Shown here piece after piece: positions 51,120 through 61,267 of a stretch of DNA of 64,000 nt. This stretch comes from a virus. Location of the stretch: the IMG/VR virus record IMGVR_UViG_3300045988_161343, one strand, 5' to 3'. The position numbers and the translations under genes were made by a program. The notes under the pieces were generated by a model. The model did no database searches. It was not told the DNA's origin and saw nothing but the letters and a program-made list of their open reading frames with translations. Each line of letters starts with the position of its first letter. Position 1 is the first letter of the stretch.

Positions 51120-52811
51120 TTATTTGCCAGCCGCTTGACGATTAGCGATTGTTTTTTCACTCTTTTCATCATTAGCTTTTTCTGGTCGGCCACCCTCTTT
51201 AGTTTCTGTTTTTACAGTAGTAGTGGTATTTCCACTTGTTTTATTTTGAGAAGTGTTAGAACTATTCTAATCTTTTTTACCCAAAATATCTTCACCATTT
51301 AATGTAGAACTCATAAGAGGCGGTATCATAACTTCGCTTAAATGTAGAACTTCATTTTCAAAATGAGCCGTATTAAGAATAAAACTCTATGATTGTCCAA
51401 GAGCAATCTAAGGTAACATTTTAGAGAAACCAATCTGAGTTTGCTCTTTATACATTTTAGATAAATCTTTATAATTATATTGTGTAGTTTCTAACATATA
51501 GAATTTATAATTATATTTTTTCTAAACATTCAGGACTGATAATATTCTATCAAAAAATATGTTGAATTGCAAAATTAAATTACGCATGGTAGATTCATCA
51601 TCTAAAATAGACTTTTCTAGGGCGATATTACCATCTGTATTAAACAAATTGCGCGAAACGCCAAATGCATTATATACAGTTCGTTCAACACGCTCTAATT
51701 CATCTGTAGTGGCAGAAGTATTTTTGTCAGAAGTATCAATAGCATCTACATCAGCAAAAGTAGTTAATACATCAACACCTACTGCTCTACGAAGCATTTC
51801 AACAGCATTATTATGAATATCACGAGCTTCATCAATATCAAAAATCAAATCACCATTTTTATCAAGCGGTAATTTCTAAACTAAAATTTTTAACAATTTC
51901 TGCATTTGTTTGCGGCGGTCCAAATCTTGTGCAGCATCCAAATCTAAAATCGCAGGAATAGCATTTACAAATAATGGAATATCATTAGTACCATTTAGAG
52001 CAAACTTAATAGTGCTTTGTAGATCTAACAAATACCAACTACCAGTATTATCACCAGCTACATCAGGTAAAAGTTTACCAGCTTTATAGAGACGATAACC
52101 TATTGTAAATTCATCAGGAAATAATTTTAATACTCTATTACGGTAATTAGTATCCACAAAAGTATCAAAGTATCTCATATCAAATTCAATAGCAGGTAAA
52201 TTACCTACTGAATATCTTGAACGGCAATACTCAATAGGAAGCTGCTATAAAATTAAGCCAGTGCTTGAGGGAACAATATAGGCATAATAAGCTCCACATT
52301 TGATAACTTCAAGAGCCATATCGCCACAAATTTTCTTAATATAAGAATTATCTAAATAATTTAAAATTCGCCAGAAATCTTTTACTGCTTTTATTTCATT
52401 AATATCTTTAACAGCAGAACCATCAGTATTATTAGACTAAATAGCAATAGCCCAATCATAACGATACATATTTGCAAAATAATTACATACTCTTTGATAA
52501 ATACCACTTACTCTAAAAAAGAAACGTGATATTCTTCGCAGTTCTTGAATATCATTACGAATTAAAGCATCCATAACCATAGGTTTTGTATAAATACGTT
52601 CACGGCTATATTTTTCACTACGGCGACCGTAAGTGTCCCATCTAAAAGATCCAAGATTTAAGACAGCATCATCTAATGTCTTAACCCCGACTTTAATCTT
52701 CTTATACTCATTTGGGCCAACGGCAGAATACTCACGTACTCCTCCAGTTATGTCAAAACCTTTTTTATGTATCTATTCATTTCTGGTTAATTCTTCCTTT
52801 TCTAATTCCAT
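51120..52811 (-). CDS. putative portal protein (about 563 aa, about 9 TAG)
   Basis: RBS gaaagaaggtgaagtATG; one phase links ORFs 51876..52178 and 51522..51848 through TAG; position after terminase. Confidence 0.6.
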
Positions 52812-52828
52812 ACTTCACCTTCTTTCAA

Positions 52829-53185
52829 TTAATATCCAGCTTTTCGCATTATATAATCATAAGAAATTAAATTTTCTTCTGTATAAGGAATTTCTATTAA
52901 ATGTAAATCATGTAAAGCACAGAATCTACGTTTTTGATTATCATTATATTGCTATTGATATAATCCACGTTTTCCGCCAAATTTATTACTAGCTTCATAA
53001 TGCTATTTCCCTTGATATTCAATTAAAAAATCAATATTATTATCATCATCAAATATGACAAAATCAAAACGTAAAGGACGACCATTATGTGTTTTTAAAT
53101 CTGGAAATATATATTCCATCTTAAAATTCAGGCCGGCTTCCTCTAAGATTTCTCTAATCTTAATCTCCGCACGACTGGCATCCAT
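52829..53185 (-). mobile_element. small PD-(D/E)xK nuclease, DUF559/Vsr-like (about 118 aa, 2 TAG), free-standing endonuclease candidate between terL and portal
   Basis: ORF 53003..53185 extended through TAG; FDFVIFDDDNNIDFLIEYQGK-TAG-H fits D..E.K nuclease core. Confidence 0.45.
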
Positions 53186-53273
53186 ATATTAAGTCTCCTT
53201 TCTTATCTACAAATAAATTCCTCTTATTATTCTTTTAAAAATTAATTTAAAAGAATAATAAGAGTTGCCCGGC

Positions 53274-55024
53274 TTAATTCATAAACATCCAATCAGCAGC
53301 CCGGAATTTTTTCTTCTTTTTATCTTCTTCTACTTTTTTTATATAATATAATCCATACTCTAATGCAGAGAATTTATCTTTTTTAATACTTTTATTAGCT
53401 TGTTTTAAAATTATATTTAAACCTTCATTTTCTTCACGCAGATTCATAATCTCTTCACGCAATGAAGTAGTTAAACTGAATGGTCTTAAATAATCAGATC
53501 GCGCTTCTGTGGTCATATTCTAACCCACTTTAGTAGTTAATAATTTCTATTTAGCAGTTCGTTCATCAATTAAAAATTTAATCTTACCAGAATTTAATAC
53601 TGACTAAGTAATACTATGTGCTTCAGTATTAATTGGTGCATTAGCTTTCATTAAGTATAAAACATCTAATTCTGTACTATTGGTTTTATATTTTTTATAT
53701 TCTTGAACTGCATCATCCTGAGTTCCACCATAAACTCCAAAATCAGGAATTACTTCAGAAGTTTCAGGATTAATCTATGGCTTAACCATAAAATCTACTA
53801 AACCAACACCAAGTCCATTAGCATCTATTACAATTCTGCGAGCTTTATATTTATAATATAATTTTTTAAGTTTAATAGCCTAATCTTCAAAATGTGTATC
53901 ATTCATAGTGTAAATATTAACTAAACTTTTAATTGGCTCACCATGCGGTTGTGGTGTTACTTTAAATATACAAACAACAGTATCGCATCCTTTGCGGCCT
54001 ACATCAACGCTTAATACATAATAAGATAATTTACTTGAACGGCCAGAAGCTTCATACTCAGGCTAATTCAATATTCTATTTCTATTAAATATTTCGGCAT
54101 TAAAGAAAGCATCTTCAACAGTACCAGACCAGATTGATTCATATTCACGTTCAAAAGAAGCTTCATTATAAGTTCCTTCATTTTTCTGGTCAGTAATAAA
54201 TGTTTTTTGCTGTAATCCGACAGCAACAGGAGTTCGCCAAGTTCCGCCTAATACCATACATCTATCAGGCTATGTAATCATACGAACCAATAAACCAATT
54301 AATCTATCATAAGGATAAGTATTTTTATAGCCAGCAGTAGTAATATAAATCTATGATTTATTTACTGCTTCTTCTTCATGAGTTGTACCATCTTTAGCTC
54401 TACGAGGAATAGCCATAACTGGTATAATAACTTCACGCAAAATCTAATCATCAATACCTACACATTCTTCCATTAGACCGCCATGACGACGCTGACCACG
54501 AGTACTTTCTCTCGCAGCTAAGTTATCAAGGACAGAGCCATTCTTAAATACATAACGTACTTTATCTTTACTCTCTTGGCTCTTACCTCGACCCCAATCA
54601 ATTTCACGTTTAAAGCTCGGTATTAAATCACAAATTTCATTAACTTTGTCATGTAGAATACTTGCGCCTTGTTCTTTACCTCCAGAAGTAACAAATAAAT
54701 GAACACCAGGATAAAGAATACATCTAACCATTAATGCCATAACTGATAAGAATGATTTAGAATAAGCACGAGGGAAAACTGCATAAACATATTGATAGCG
54801 CATTACACATCTTAAAAAAACACGCTAATAGAAGAAAAATTTAAATTCTCCTTCTTTCTATTCTGTACGTGTTCCTCGTACTAAAAAATCAACAAATAAA
54901 TCTGGATATTCGCGCCAAAAGGCAGTGTATTTACGAATGACTGGCATTACGGCATTAATACGTTCTTCAGAAAGACCTATTTTTTTTCGGCTTGTAGATA
55001 GGTCAAGTAAATCTTGTAACGCCA
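53274..55024 (-). CDS. terminase large subunit (about 583 aa, about 9 TAG)
   Basis: ATG overlaps upstream TGA; one phase links ORFs 54444..54803, 54063..54257, 53274..53516; nuclease-domain motif LSVDVGRKGCDTVVCIF. Confidence 0.7.
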
Positions 55025-56240
55025 TTAATCTTCTCTATCAGAGAAAGCATCTATATCTAACTCTGTCTCATTATCTAAAAATTCACTAAAGTCTTCAATA
55101 TCTTTATCTTCTAAAGTTTTTTCAATGTCTTCAATAGACATATCAACATCATCAACAATTGTATCTTCGACGTTTTCTTTAGCCTATTCATCTTCTTTAG
55201 CGTTTTGTTTTAATGCCTAATCAATCATATTGCCAAGATTAGTTTCTCGTTCAATTAAAGTACGGGTATATTTTTGCATATCTTTAATTGTAAAATCTAC
55301 TTTATCATTTGGAGTATCAATATAATATCTTTCGATATAGCCTTGTTTCTCACACATTTCTATTAATTCACCAACAGAGTCAATGAAGTCGCCAGATTCT
55401 TCTTTATTCTAGGCAGCAGTAAATTTGCCCGATTTCATTAAAGAATCATACATTTTAATCATCTTTTGAGCGCCGTCTACATCACCTATATCTAATAACT
55501 AATTAGATTTTAATGATGTCTTACAGGCAAGTTTTAATGTATCAATATGACCCGCAGACTGAATATCGTAAGACTGCATCATTTCATTAAATAACTGCTC
55601 TAAGCGCACCCATTCATCAGGGCTATAACCTTTTCCCCATTTTAAATAAAGATACCGTTTATCTTCGTCTGTCAACTCTGCACCTAAATCAGGAACATCA
55701 AAATCTAATTTATCTTTAAAATAATCTTCTGCAGAATTCCCAAAATCTAGGGGAGGAGGGGCAGGAGGAGGCGGTTCTTTTAATTCTTCTGATGGCAAAG
55801 CAAATGAAGCACGTTGAATGGCCATAGTAATATCTTGAACATCATATCCCTATTGCTTCATTGTTTCTTCTATTTTTTTATTTTGTAAGTCTTGCAAGAA
55901 TTGACTATCTTTCCATCTATAATCTTTCCATTGATTTAATTTCATTGCAGAGAGATAGCGACCTAATATTGTCATTCCAGTGACTTTCGCTCTATCCTTC
56001 GCAAATTTACCCATTAACTAATTCCACTAATCAGGAATGTAAGGAACATCACATTCTTGCAATATCCATAGATAAGTATCCGGATTCCAATTATCTACAT
56101 GCATTGTTATACATTTTTTACATTTTGGTAATTTACCATCATTAGGATATTTATCTAAATTATTAGATGTATAAAACTAAGTTCCATCCATAGTTTTATT
56201 ACATTTTTCACAGTAATATTGTTTACCTTCGCTGGACAAT
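55010..56240 (-). CDS. putative terminase small subunit / DNA-packaging protein with N-terminal Zn-ribbon (about 410 aa, about 8 TAG)
   Basis: Frame from about 56240 (CEKCNKT...CKKC Zn-ribbon) through ORF 55499..55825 to TGA overlapping terL start; assignment by position only. Confidence 0.35.
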
Positions 56241-56257
56241 CAATATTTCTCCTTTCT

Positions 56258-57323
56258 TTAGGATTTCATTTTTTCTTTACGAGAACTATTTCGGCATTTT
56301 TTGCATATACTATAAAATCCATCTTTACTTGTTTTATTATAGGAAAAATATTTATTGTGAGCCAATTTAATTTGCCCACATCGACTGCACTTTTTGTATT
56401 TACCTTTTTTTTGAGTTGTGTAATACCATTCTAAATATTTATCAACAGCTTTATCAGCAATAAGCTTTGGTATTTTATTGCGAAATAAACTTGATATATA
56501 TTCTAAACTGTGGGTAATATTAAATTCTTCTTGTAAAATTTTTTGAATTTCTATATTTTGTAATCCATCAATTTTACATTCTACAATACGCATTAACATA
56601 GGATAATCAGCCAAGGCTTCATCGCAAATATTTTCAAAATCATAAATAAGATACCAAGTATCATCTTCAAAACGATCCCAACTATCTTCTTTTAATCGAG
56701 AATAGTTACATAAGATACAAGAGCAAATTTCAGGAATCATTAATGAAATTCCTTCTGGAATTGGATATCCATCATCATCAAATATTTTTACATCTTCATC
56801 TAATTTAATTTTATATTTAGATCGTGTAAGCTTTACTGGTACTATTGGTTTCCGATAAGCATTTTTAATAACATATTGGTCTTTGCGCATTTCTATTAAT
56901 GCTTTTTTTATAGTGAAAGCATCTTTACCACTCACTACTTTCATTTTTGCTTCCCAAGTTGTAATAGCGTCTTTTAATTGTTTTAAGCTAGGAATTTCTT
57001 CTAAATCTTTTTTTGTAATTGTAACTTTTGGCTAAAATATCATATTTTTATCACTATTAATTAAATTATATATACCATCTTCACCATTCTCTAACTGGGA
57101 AACAAGTCCTTCGAAAGAAGTTTCACGTTTATTAACTGTCATTAATCTATTATCAGTTAATATTTTCTTTTCTTTTTTTTCTTGTTTCTCCATACATAGA
57201 ATTAGATAATCTGCGAGGATTTCTAAATACTTTTCATTAGGATTTGGATTTTCCTCTAAAATTTTTTTTACTAATTCATTTCGTTCTTCAGGAGTTTCAA
57301 GAGTATAATCTAATTTTATCAAG
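56258..57323 (-). CDS. first gene of the minus-strand block: protein with C-terminal Zn-ribbon (about 355 aa, 1 TAG)
   Basis: TTG start after RBS ggaggt; fragment 57032..57379 joins ORF 56258..56944 through TAG; CSRCGQ...CKKC. Confidence 0.4.
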
Positions 57324-57350
57324 ATTAATACCTCCAATCCTTCTAAAAAA

Positions 57351-57379
57351 ATTATAACACAAAAAATTTGCAAAGTCAA
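57351..57379 (-). promoter_or_regulatory. sigma70-like promoter for the minus-strand morphogenesis block (TTGACT-17-TATAAT on minus strand)
   Basis: Reverse complement of 57351-57379 reads ttgactttgcaaattttttgtgttataat. Confidence 0.5.
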
Positions 57380-57433
57380 CCATGGCCAAAAATTTTTATA
57401 GTATTTAGTAAAAAAATTATGTAAAATGTAAAA

Positions 57434-57462
57434 TTGACAATTATAAAAATTTTTTATATAAT
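57434..57462 (+). promoter_or_regulatory. consensus sigma70 promoter TTGACA-17-TATAAT for plus-strand genes
   Basis: ttgacaattataaaaattttttatataat, about 30 nt upstream of ATG 57492. Confidence 0.5.
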
Positions 57463-57491
57463 ATTTATATAAAATTAAAGGAGATAATTTT

Positions 57492-57647
57492 ATGAGAAAA
57501 CCTCGTGGTATTTTAGGTAGTATGGCTTCTAAAGCTAAACGTAGAGCAACTAATAGTGCAACTAGAGCTATTTATCAGCTTATGTGGGGTGAAAACCCTA
57601 AACAGCAAGGAGCTTATAATCCTATTAAAGAACGTAAGAAAAAGTAA
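57492..57647 (+). CDS. small basic (Lys/Arg-rich) protein, 51 aa
   Basis: RBS aaaggagataattttATG; intact ORF. Confidence 0.45.
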   Translation: MRKPRGILGSMASKAKRRATNSATRAIYQLMWGENPKQQGAYNPIKERKKK

Positions 57648-57682
57648 ATATATTATATTTAAAAATTGAAGGAAGTGATTTA

Positions 57683-58120
57683 ATGAAGTTTGTCCATGGG
57701 CTTCTTTTAGGTACTGGGGCGGCATTTGGTTTAGGATGTGCAGCCAGATTTATTTATGATAAAATTATTGAAGCAAAAATCTATAAAGATTATACTAAAG
57801 CGCTTGAAGATTTTATGAATTTTAAAAGCGATAAAAAATATATTGAATATAATAAAGGGCTAGAAGAAAAATATATTGGGCCTGGAATAGTCCATGTCAT
57901 TAAAAATAAAAAAGATTTAATGTCTATTGATTTATCTAAATACGAAGAAGAGGGTGATCCAATCGGCATTACTCTTGGTTCTAAAATTGTAGATAAGGAA
58001 GACCAATATATTATACCTGAAGTAGAAGTTTATAAATTTAAAAATGGATATACTAATTATCGATTCCATCAAGAACGAGGAGTAATTGATCCTAATGAAG
58101 GCATTGTTCCTTTTGACTAA
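57683..58120 (+). CDS. membrane-anchored protein (145 aa)
   Basis: RBS gaaggaagtgatttaATG; N-terminal hydrophobic GLLLGTGAAFGLGCAA. Confidence 0.5.
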   Translation: MKFVHGLLLGTGAAFGLGCAARFIYDKIIEAKIYKDYTKALEDFMNFKSDKKYIEYNKGLEEKYIGPGIVHVIKNKKDLMSIDLSKYEEEGDPIGITLGSKIVDKEDQYIIPEVEVYKFKNGYTNYRFHQERGVIDPNEGIVPFD

Positions 58121-58225
58121 TTTATGAAAAAATTTTTGACATGAGATAAAAAATTTTGTAAAATAAATTATAAAATTTGTGGGATGGCTCGCACTCTCCC
58201 AATTAAAAAGAAAGGAGTGAGTTGA

Positions 58226-58453
58226 ATGCTGAAAACAGCTTATACAAGAAAACTCGATACAGTTGGACGTTTAATGATTCCTTCTAAGCTTCGTGAAGAA
58301 TTGCATATGGTAAATGGTCATAATTATGAATTTTATATTGACGAAGTAGATGGTAAAACTTTTTTATGTATTGAATGTCCTGAAGCTAGTGATGCCGTAG
58401 CTCTTGCAAAAGAAACGTTGGAATAGAATGGGTATCGAGTAATTAAGGAATAA
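58226..58453 (+). CDS. AbrB/SpoVT-family (swapped-hairpin) transcriptional regulator (about 75 aa, 1 TAG near C-terminus)
   Basis: RKLDTVGRLMIPSKLREEL matches the AbrB N-domain GRVVIP.ELR signature; RBS gaaaggagtgagttgaATG; ORF 58226..58426 reads through TAG to TAA. Confidence 0.65.
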
Positions 58454-58459
58454 AATTAA

Positions 58460-58499
58460 AGCGGGAAAATATTTTCCCGCTTATTTTTTTTTATTTTTT
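58460..58499 (+). terminator. strong rho-independent terminator
   Basis: agcgggaaaatattttcccgct followed by T-rich run. Confidence 0.7.
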
Positions 58500-58627
58500 G
58501 AAATATCGTTATTTAAAATTTAAATTATTTTCCGTTTTCTGAAATTAAAAATGAGTTTAGAAATTATTTTGCCAGGTAGGAAGATTTATCCATTTTTTCC
58601 ATTTTTTTTACACGAAACCCTGCCCCC

Positions 58628-58692
58628 CCGCTTCACTTGACTAAAGTGTTAAAGTCTATTGTCTTACTTTACTTGAGTGAAGCAAGTTAGAT
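58628..58692. repeat. inverted repeat gcttcacttgac...cttgagtgaagc flanked by C-runs
   Basis: Read directly; sits at the compositional boundary. Confidence 0.3.
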
Positions 58693-58737
58693 ACGACTAA
58701 CCCCCAAAAAAAATATTTCGATTTTTGAAAAAAAGTA

Positions 58738-58771
58738 GTTGACATTTTCGGGCATAGGTGCTATTCTATAA
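58738..58771 (+). promoter_or_regulatory. sigma70-like promoter copy 1 (TTGACA then tgcTATTCTATAAT) with A-tract upstream element
   Basis: gtagttgacattttcgggcataggtgctattctataat. Confidence 0.4.
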
Positions 58772-58848
58772 TCAGAAATTGACCACAGGACAACGCAAGC
58801 AAGGCAAAACGCCAAGCGAAAAAAATTCAAGAAATTTTGAAAAAAGTT

Positions 58849-58877
58849 CTTGACAAGCCGGAAGTCCTATGGTACAA
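58849..58877 (+). promoter_or_regulatory. sigma70 promoter copy 2: TTGACA-17-TGgTACAAT (extended -10) with similar A-tract upstream element
   Basis: gttcttgacaagccggaagtcctatggtacaat; upstream attttgaaaaaagttc repeats the element before copy 1. Confidence 0.5.
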
Positions 58878-58883
58878 TGAGTA

Positions 58884-59138
58884 CAACGAAGCAAGGGAAA
58901 CACAAACAACGCAAGCCCTTGCAAGTGTAGTAGAATGACCGGAAACAGGCCGAAGCACCGAGCGGCGTTGAACATTGACAAGTGAATCTAAGCCGAGCGT
59001 CTGCACCACATAGCGGACGCAATGGTAGAGCATAGAAAGTGTGGTGCAAGCGGTAGGGCAATCCAACGCCTACGGCAGATAGTAACACGGATAGGTGACA
59101 ACTAACAGTCGAATAATATGTAAAGGATTGGTAAAATC
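58884..59138 (+). ncRNA. about 255-nt GC-rich structured leader or candidate ncRNA, no plus-strand ORF
   Basis: Hairpins gcaaggg...cccttgc and tgcaccaca...tgtggtgca; repeated acaacgcaagc motifs; only antisense spurious ORFs in the track. Confidence 0.25.
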
Positions 59139-59273
59139 ATGGTATATGCAATTAAAACAAGCGAACAGGACAAACAGAAAGCAATCAAGATAGAGTTAGC
59201 AGAGCAAGCTGACGATATCGTAAAATATGTCAAACAGTACCATATGTAAGGCAATAGCTTCGACTATGATGGT

Positions 59274-59543
59274 ATGCTGGACAAGTATCATGAGTATGCG
59301 GCGAAGAATATTCAGCAATGGGATAACCTTACATGGGCTATTCATAGTGCTGAATATGACTTGGAGCATACCGACTATAATATGGATATGGAAGCCGGCA
59401 ACCCATGTGTCGCATATGAGGCCGCATATGAGAAGCTGACGGACTTGCAAGATGAGGCCGAGGAATGGGCGGATATCTTTGAGCATATGCTCGAAGACTT
59501 CTTCTACAAACTGCACGACTTGCTATATGGTGAAGAAGCATAA
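59274..59543 (+). CDS. hypothetical acidic protein (89 aa)
   Basis: Intact ORF, TAA stop. Confidence 0.5.
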   Translation: MLDKYHEYAAKNIQQWDNLTWAIHSAEYDLEHTDYNMDMEAGNPCVAYEAAYEKLTDLQDEAEEWADIFEHMLEDFFYKLHDLLYGEEA

Positions 59544-59599
59544 GCTTCTTCACCCATCCACCAACCAACCAACTAACAATATATGGAGGTATAATTATT

Positions 59600-59935
59600 A
59601 TGACCAGAACCAATAGAAGAGCTATCCGTAAGGACGCTATGCAGAACACTATCATCCGCATTAACAATGCCATGGGCAAGGTCAATTTCTCTGACCCTAA
59701 TGGCAAGGCCACCTTTCATAAACTGATGGACCAGAAAGACTATATCGCACAACAGATCGCCGAAGCAAGCTACACCGAATACTCGATGAAAAGTGACCAT
59801 CGGGAGCTGAAGCGTATTTTCGCTCATATGGATGAAGGTGGTTGTGCTGACTGGGTCAAGTGGGATATCGAGCAGCTGGCAGCAAGTCGGCGTCGCTGGT
59901 CTATCGCAACAAGCAAGCAAATCTGGTTGGGCTAA
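59600..59935 (+). CDS. hypothetical protein (111 aa)
   Basis: RBS tatggaggtataattattATG; intact ORF. Confidence 0.5.
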   Translation: MTRTNRRAIRKDAMQNTIIRINNAMGKVNFSDPNGKATFHKLMDQKDYIAQQIAEASYTEYSMKSDHRELKRIFAHMDEGGCADWVKWDIEQLAASRRRWSIATSKQIWLG

Positions 59936-59968
59936 TTGCCCAACCAGACCACAGAAAGGGGATAACAT

Positions 59969-60158
59969 TATGTACACTATCTATAATCACACGACTGGCC
60001 AGTATGGCATTATCTACCATAGCCTTATCGCAGCACGGTCTATGGCTCATGCTTACAGCCTATGGGCAAAGAATGACAGAGATGTCATTGATATGCAAAC
60101 TGGTGAAGTCATGAGCACATTCGAGAAAGGCAAAGAAACTTACAGAGCCAAGGGTTAA
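59969..60158 (+). CDS. hypothetical small protein (63 aa)
   Basis: RBS aaaggggataacattATG inside ORF 59832..60158; followed by hairpin ccaagggttaaaacccttgg. Confidence 0.45.
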
Positions 60159-60192
60159 AACCCTTGGCTCCCAATAGAAAGGATGATACAAT

Positions 60193-60492
60193 ATGGCAAC
60201 TGCACGAAATCCCTATGCTGAAATCCGTTTTCTTGATAAGAACAATGTTCAAACTGATTATTGCAGATGGCAATTATCCAGCACATTCAACTGCCCTTGG
60301 CAGCCTGCCTTCTACCGCGAACTTGAAGAAAAGCTCTACATCATGCAGGAACTGGAAATCGTAGGGTTTGGCAGTCGGTCTGCGGTATTTACTTCTGGTC
60401 TGCTAACTACCTACCATTTTACAAGCTATCAGATTGTACAGGCAATCGAGCATACAGCCGACCACCTGACGTTAGTGGTGAGGGACATTTGA
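60193..60492 (+). CDS. hypothetical protein (99 aa)
   Basis: RBS aaaggatgatacaatATG; TGA stop. Confidence 0.5.
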   Translation: MATARNPYAEIRFLDKNNVQTDYCRWQLSSTFNCPWQPAFYRELEEKLYIMQELEIVGFGSRSAVFTSGLLTTYHFTSYQIVQAIEHTADHLTLVVRDI

Positions 60493-60560
60493 GTCCCTCT
60501 ACCGCTTTCTGACAATTCAACCGAGCACATGAATCCAAAAGTCGAAAGGAAAATTTCAAA

Positions 60561-60713
60561 ATGAAAAATCTCAAACTCGCGTTAACATTATCTGGCATAA
60601 TTATTATGCTCTGGATTTCTGTTTCATTTTGTCAGGTGGTCCGCCATAATAATCCTGCTGGCGGCAGACCTGAATACAGTAGTTGGAATTTCTTCGTGAT
60701 GATGGAGGATTAA
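60561..60713 (+). CDS. small membrane protein (50 aa)
   Basis: RBS gaaaggaaaatttcaaaATG; LTLSGIIIMLWISVSF hydrophobic. Confidence 0.4.
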   Translation: MKNLKLALTLSGIIIMLWISVSFCQVVRHNNPAGGRPEYSSWNFFVMMED

Positions 60714-60714
60714 A

Positions 60715-60900
60715 ATGAAAAATCAACATAGCGAAGTCATTAAAATGTTCAATGACCATACTCAGGAGATTATAGAGGAGGCGTTCGATGACCCTATTGA
60801 CGCCGACTACTATGAATACCATTTGGATTTACTTGAGATCCACTACCAGAGATACAGCCGCGGCGAGCTGCTGTACGAAGAAAATAAACCGGAGGGCTGA
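60715..60900 (+). CDS. hypothetical acidic protein (61 aa)
   Basis: Intact ORF; TGA stop inside terminator hairpin ggagggctgaaaagccctcc (60891-60910). Confidence 0.5.
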   Translation: MKNQHSEVIKMFNDHTQEIIEEAFDDPIDADYYEYHLDLLEIHYQRYSRGELLYEENKPEG

Positions 60901-60933
60901 AAAGCCCTCCACCAATAGAAAGGAATTGATAAT

Positions 60934-61245
60934 ATGATAAACATTCGCACAATCAAGAAACTGGCTGACGGCGATGGTCTGACACTCAAAAATGGAAAAA
61001 TCAAGAGGTACAAGAGTGGCTATCAGGTAGCTACTAATGGCGTCGAGGTCATCAGTCCTGAAATGGCAATACAGGCAGTTCGAGAATTCAAAGGCACTTG
61101 CGGCATTTGGCTTGAAAATGGCAGATACTACATTGACATTTCTAAACGAGTCAGCACAAAACGCGAAGCAGTTGAAATTGGCAAGAAATGTAATCAACTT
61201 TCAATTTACAGATGGCGTGGAAATCCTACATGTCTTTACATTTAA
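60934..61245 (+). CDS. hypothetical protein, paralog A (103 aa)
   Basis: MINIRTIKKLADGDGLTLKNGKIKRYKSGYQV...; RBS aaaggaattgataatATG. Confidence 0.5.
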   Translation: MINIRTIKKLADGDGLTLKNGKIKRYKSGYQVATNGVEVISPEMAIQAVREFKGTCGIWLENGRYYIDISKRVSTKREAVEIGKKCNQLSIYRWRGNPTCLYI

Positions 61246-61267
61246 TATTTGAGAGGAGAAATAAAAA

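Noticed and set aside
13700-57300. Short fragmented minus-strand ORFs that could be read as pseudogenes, a decayed prophage or non-coding DNA
   Set aside because: Fragments are always in phase and separated only by TAG, never TAA or TGA. Joined products have recognisable motifs, RBS and overlapping stop/start junctions. This is recoding, not decay.
59139-59249. In-frame TAA between a 36-codon ORF starting at 59139 and ORF 59274..59543, hinting at TAA readthrough
   Set aside because: A single instance in the GC-rich block; every other TAA in the window behaves as a genuine stop; most likely coincidental phase.
58772-59977. Minus-strand ORFs 58772..59088, 59196..59516, 59338..59712, 59573..59977 and plus-strand 59227..59439, 59860..60114
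   Set aside because: They overlap or are antisense to better-supported plus-strand genes or the promoter-leader region; Cys/Arg-rich translations typical of antisense GC-rich DNA.
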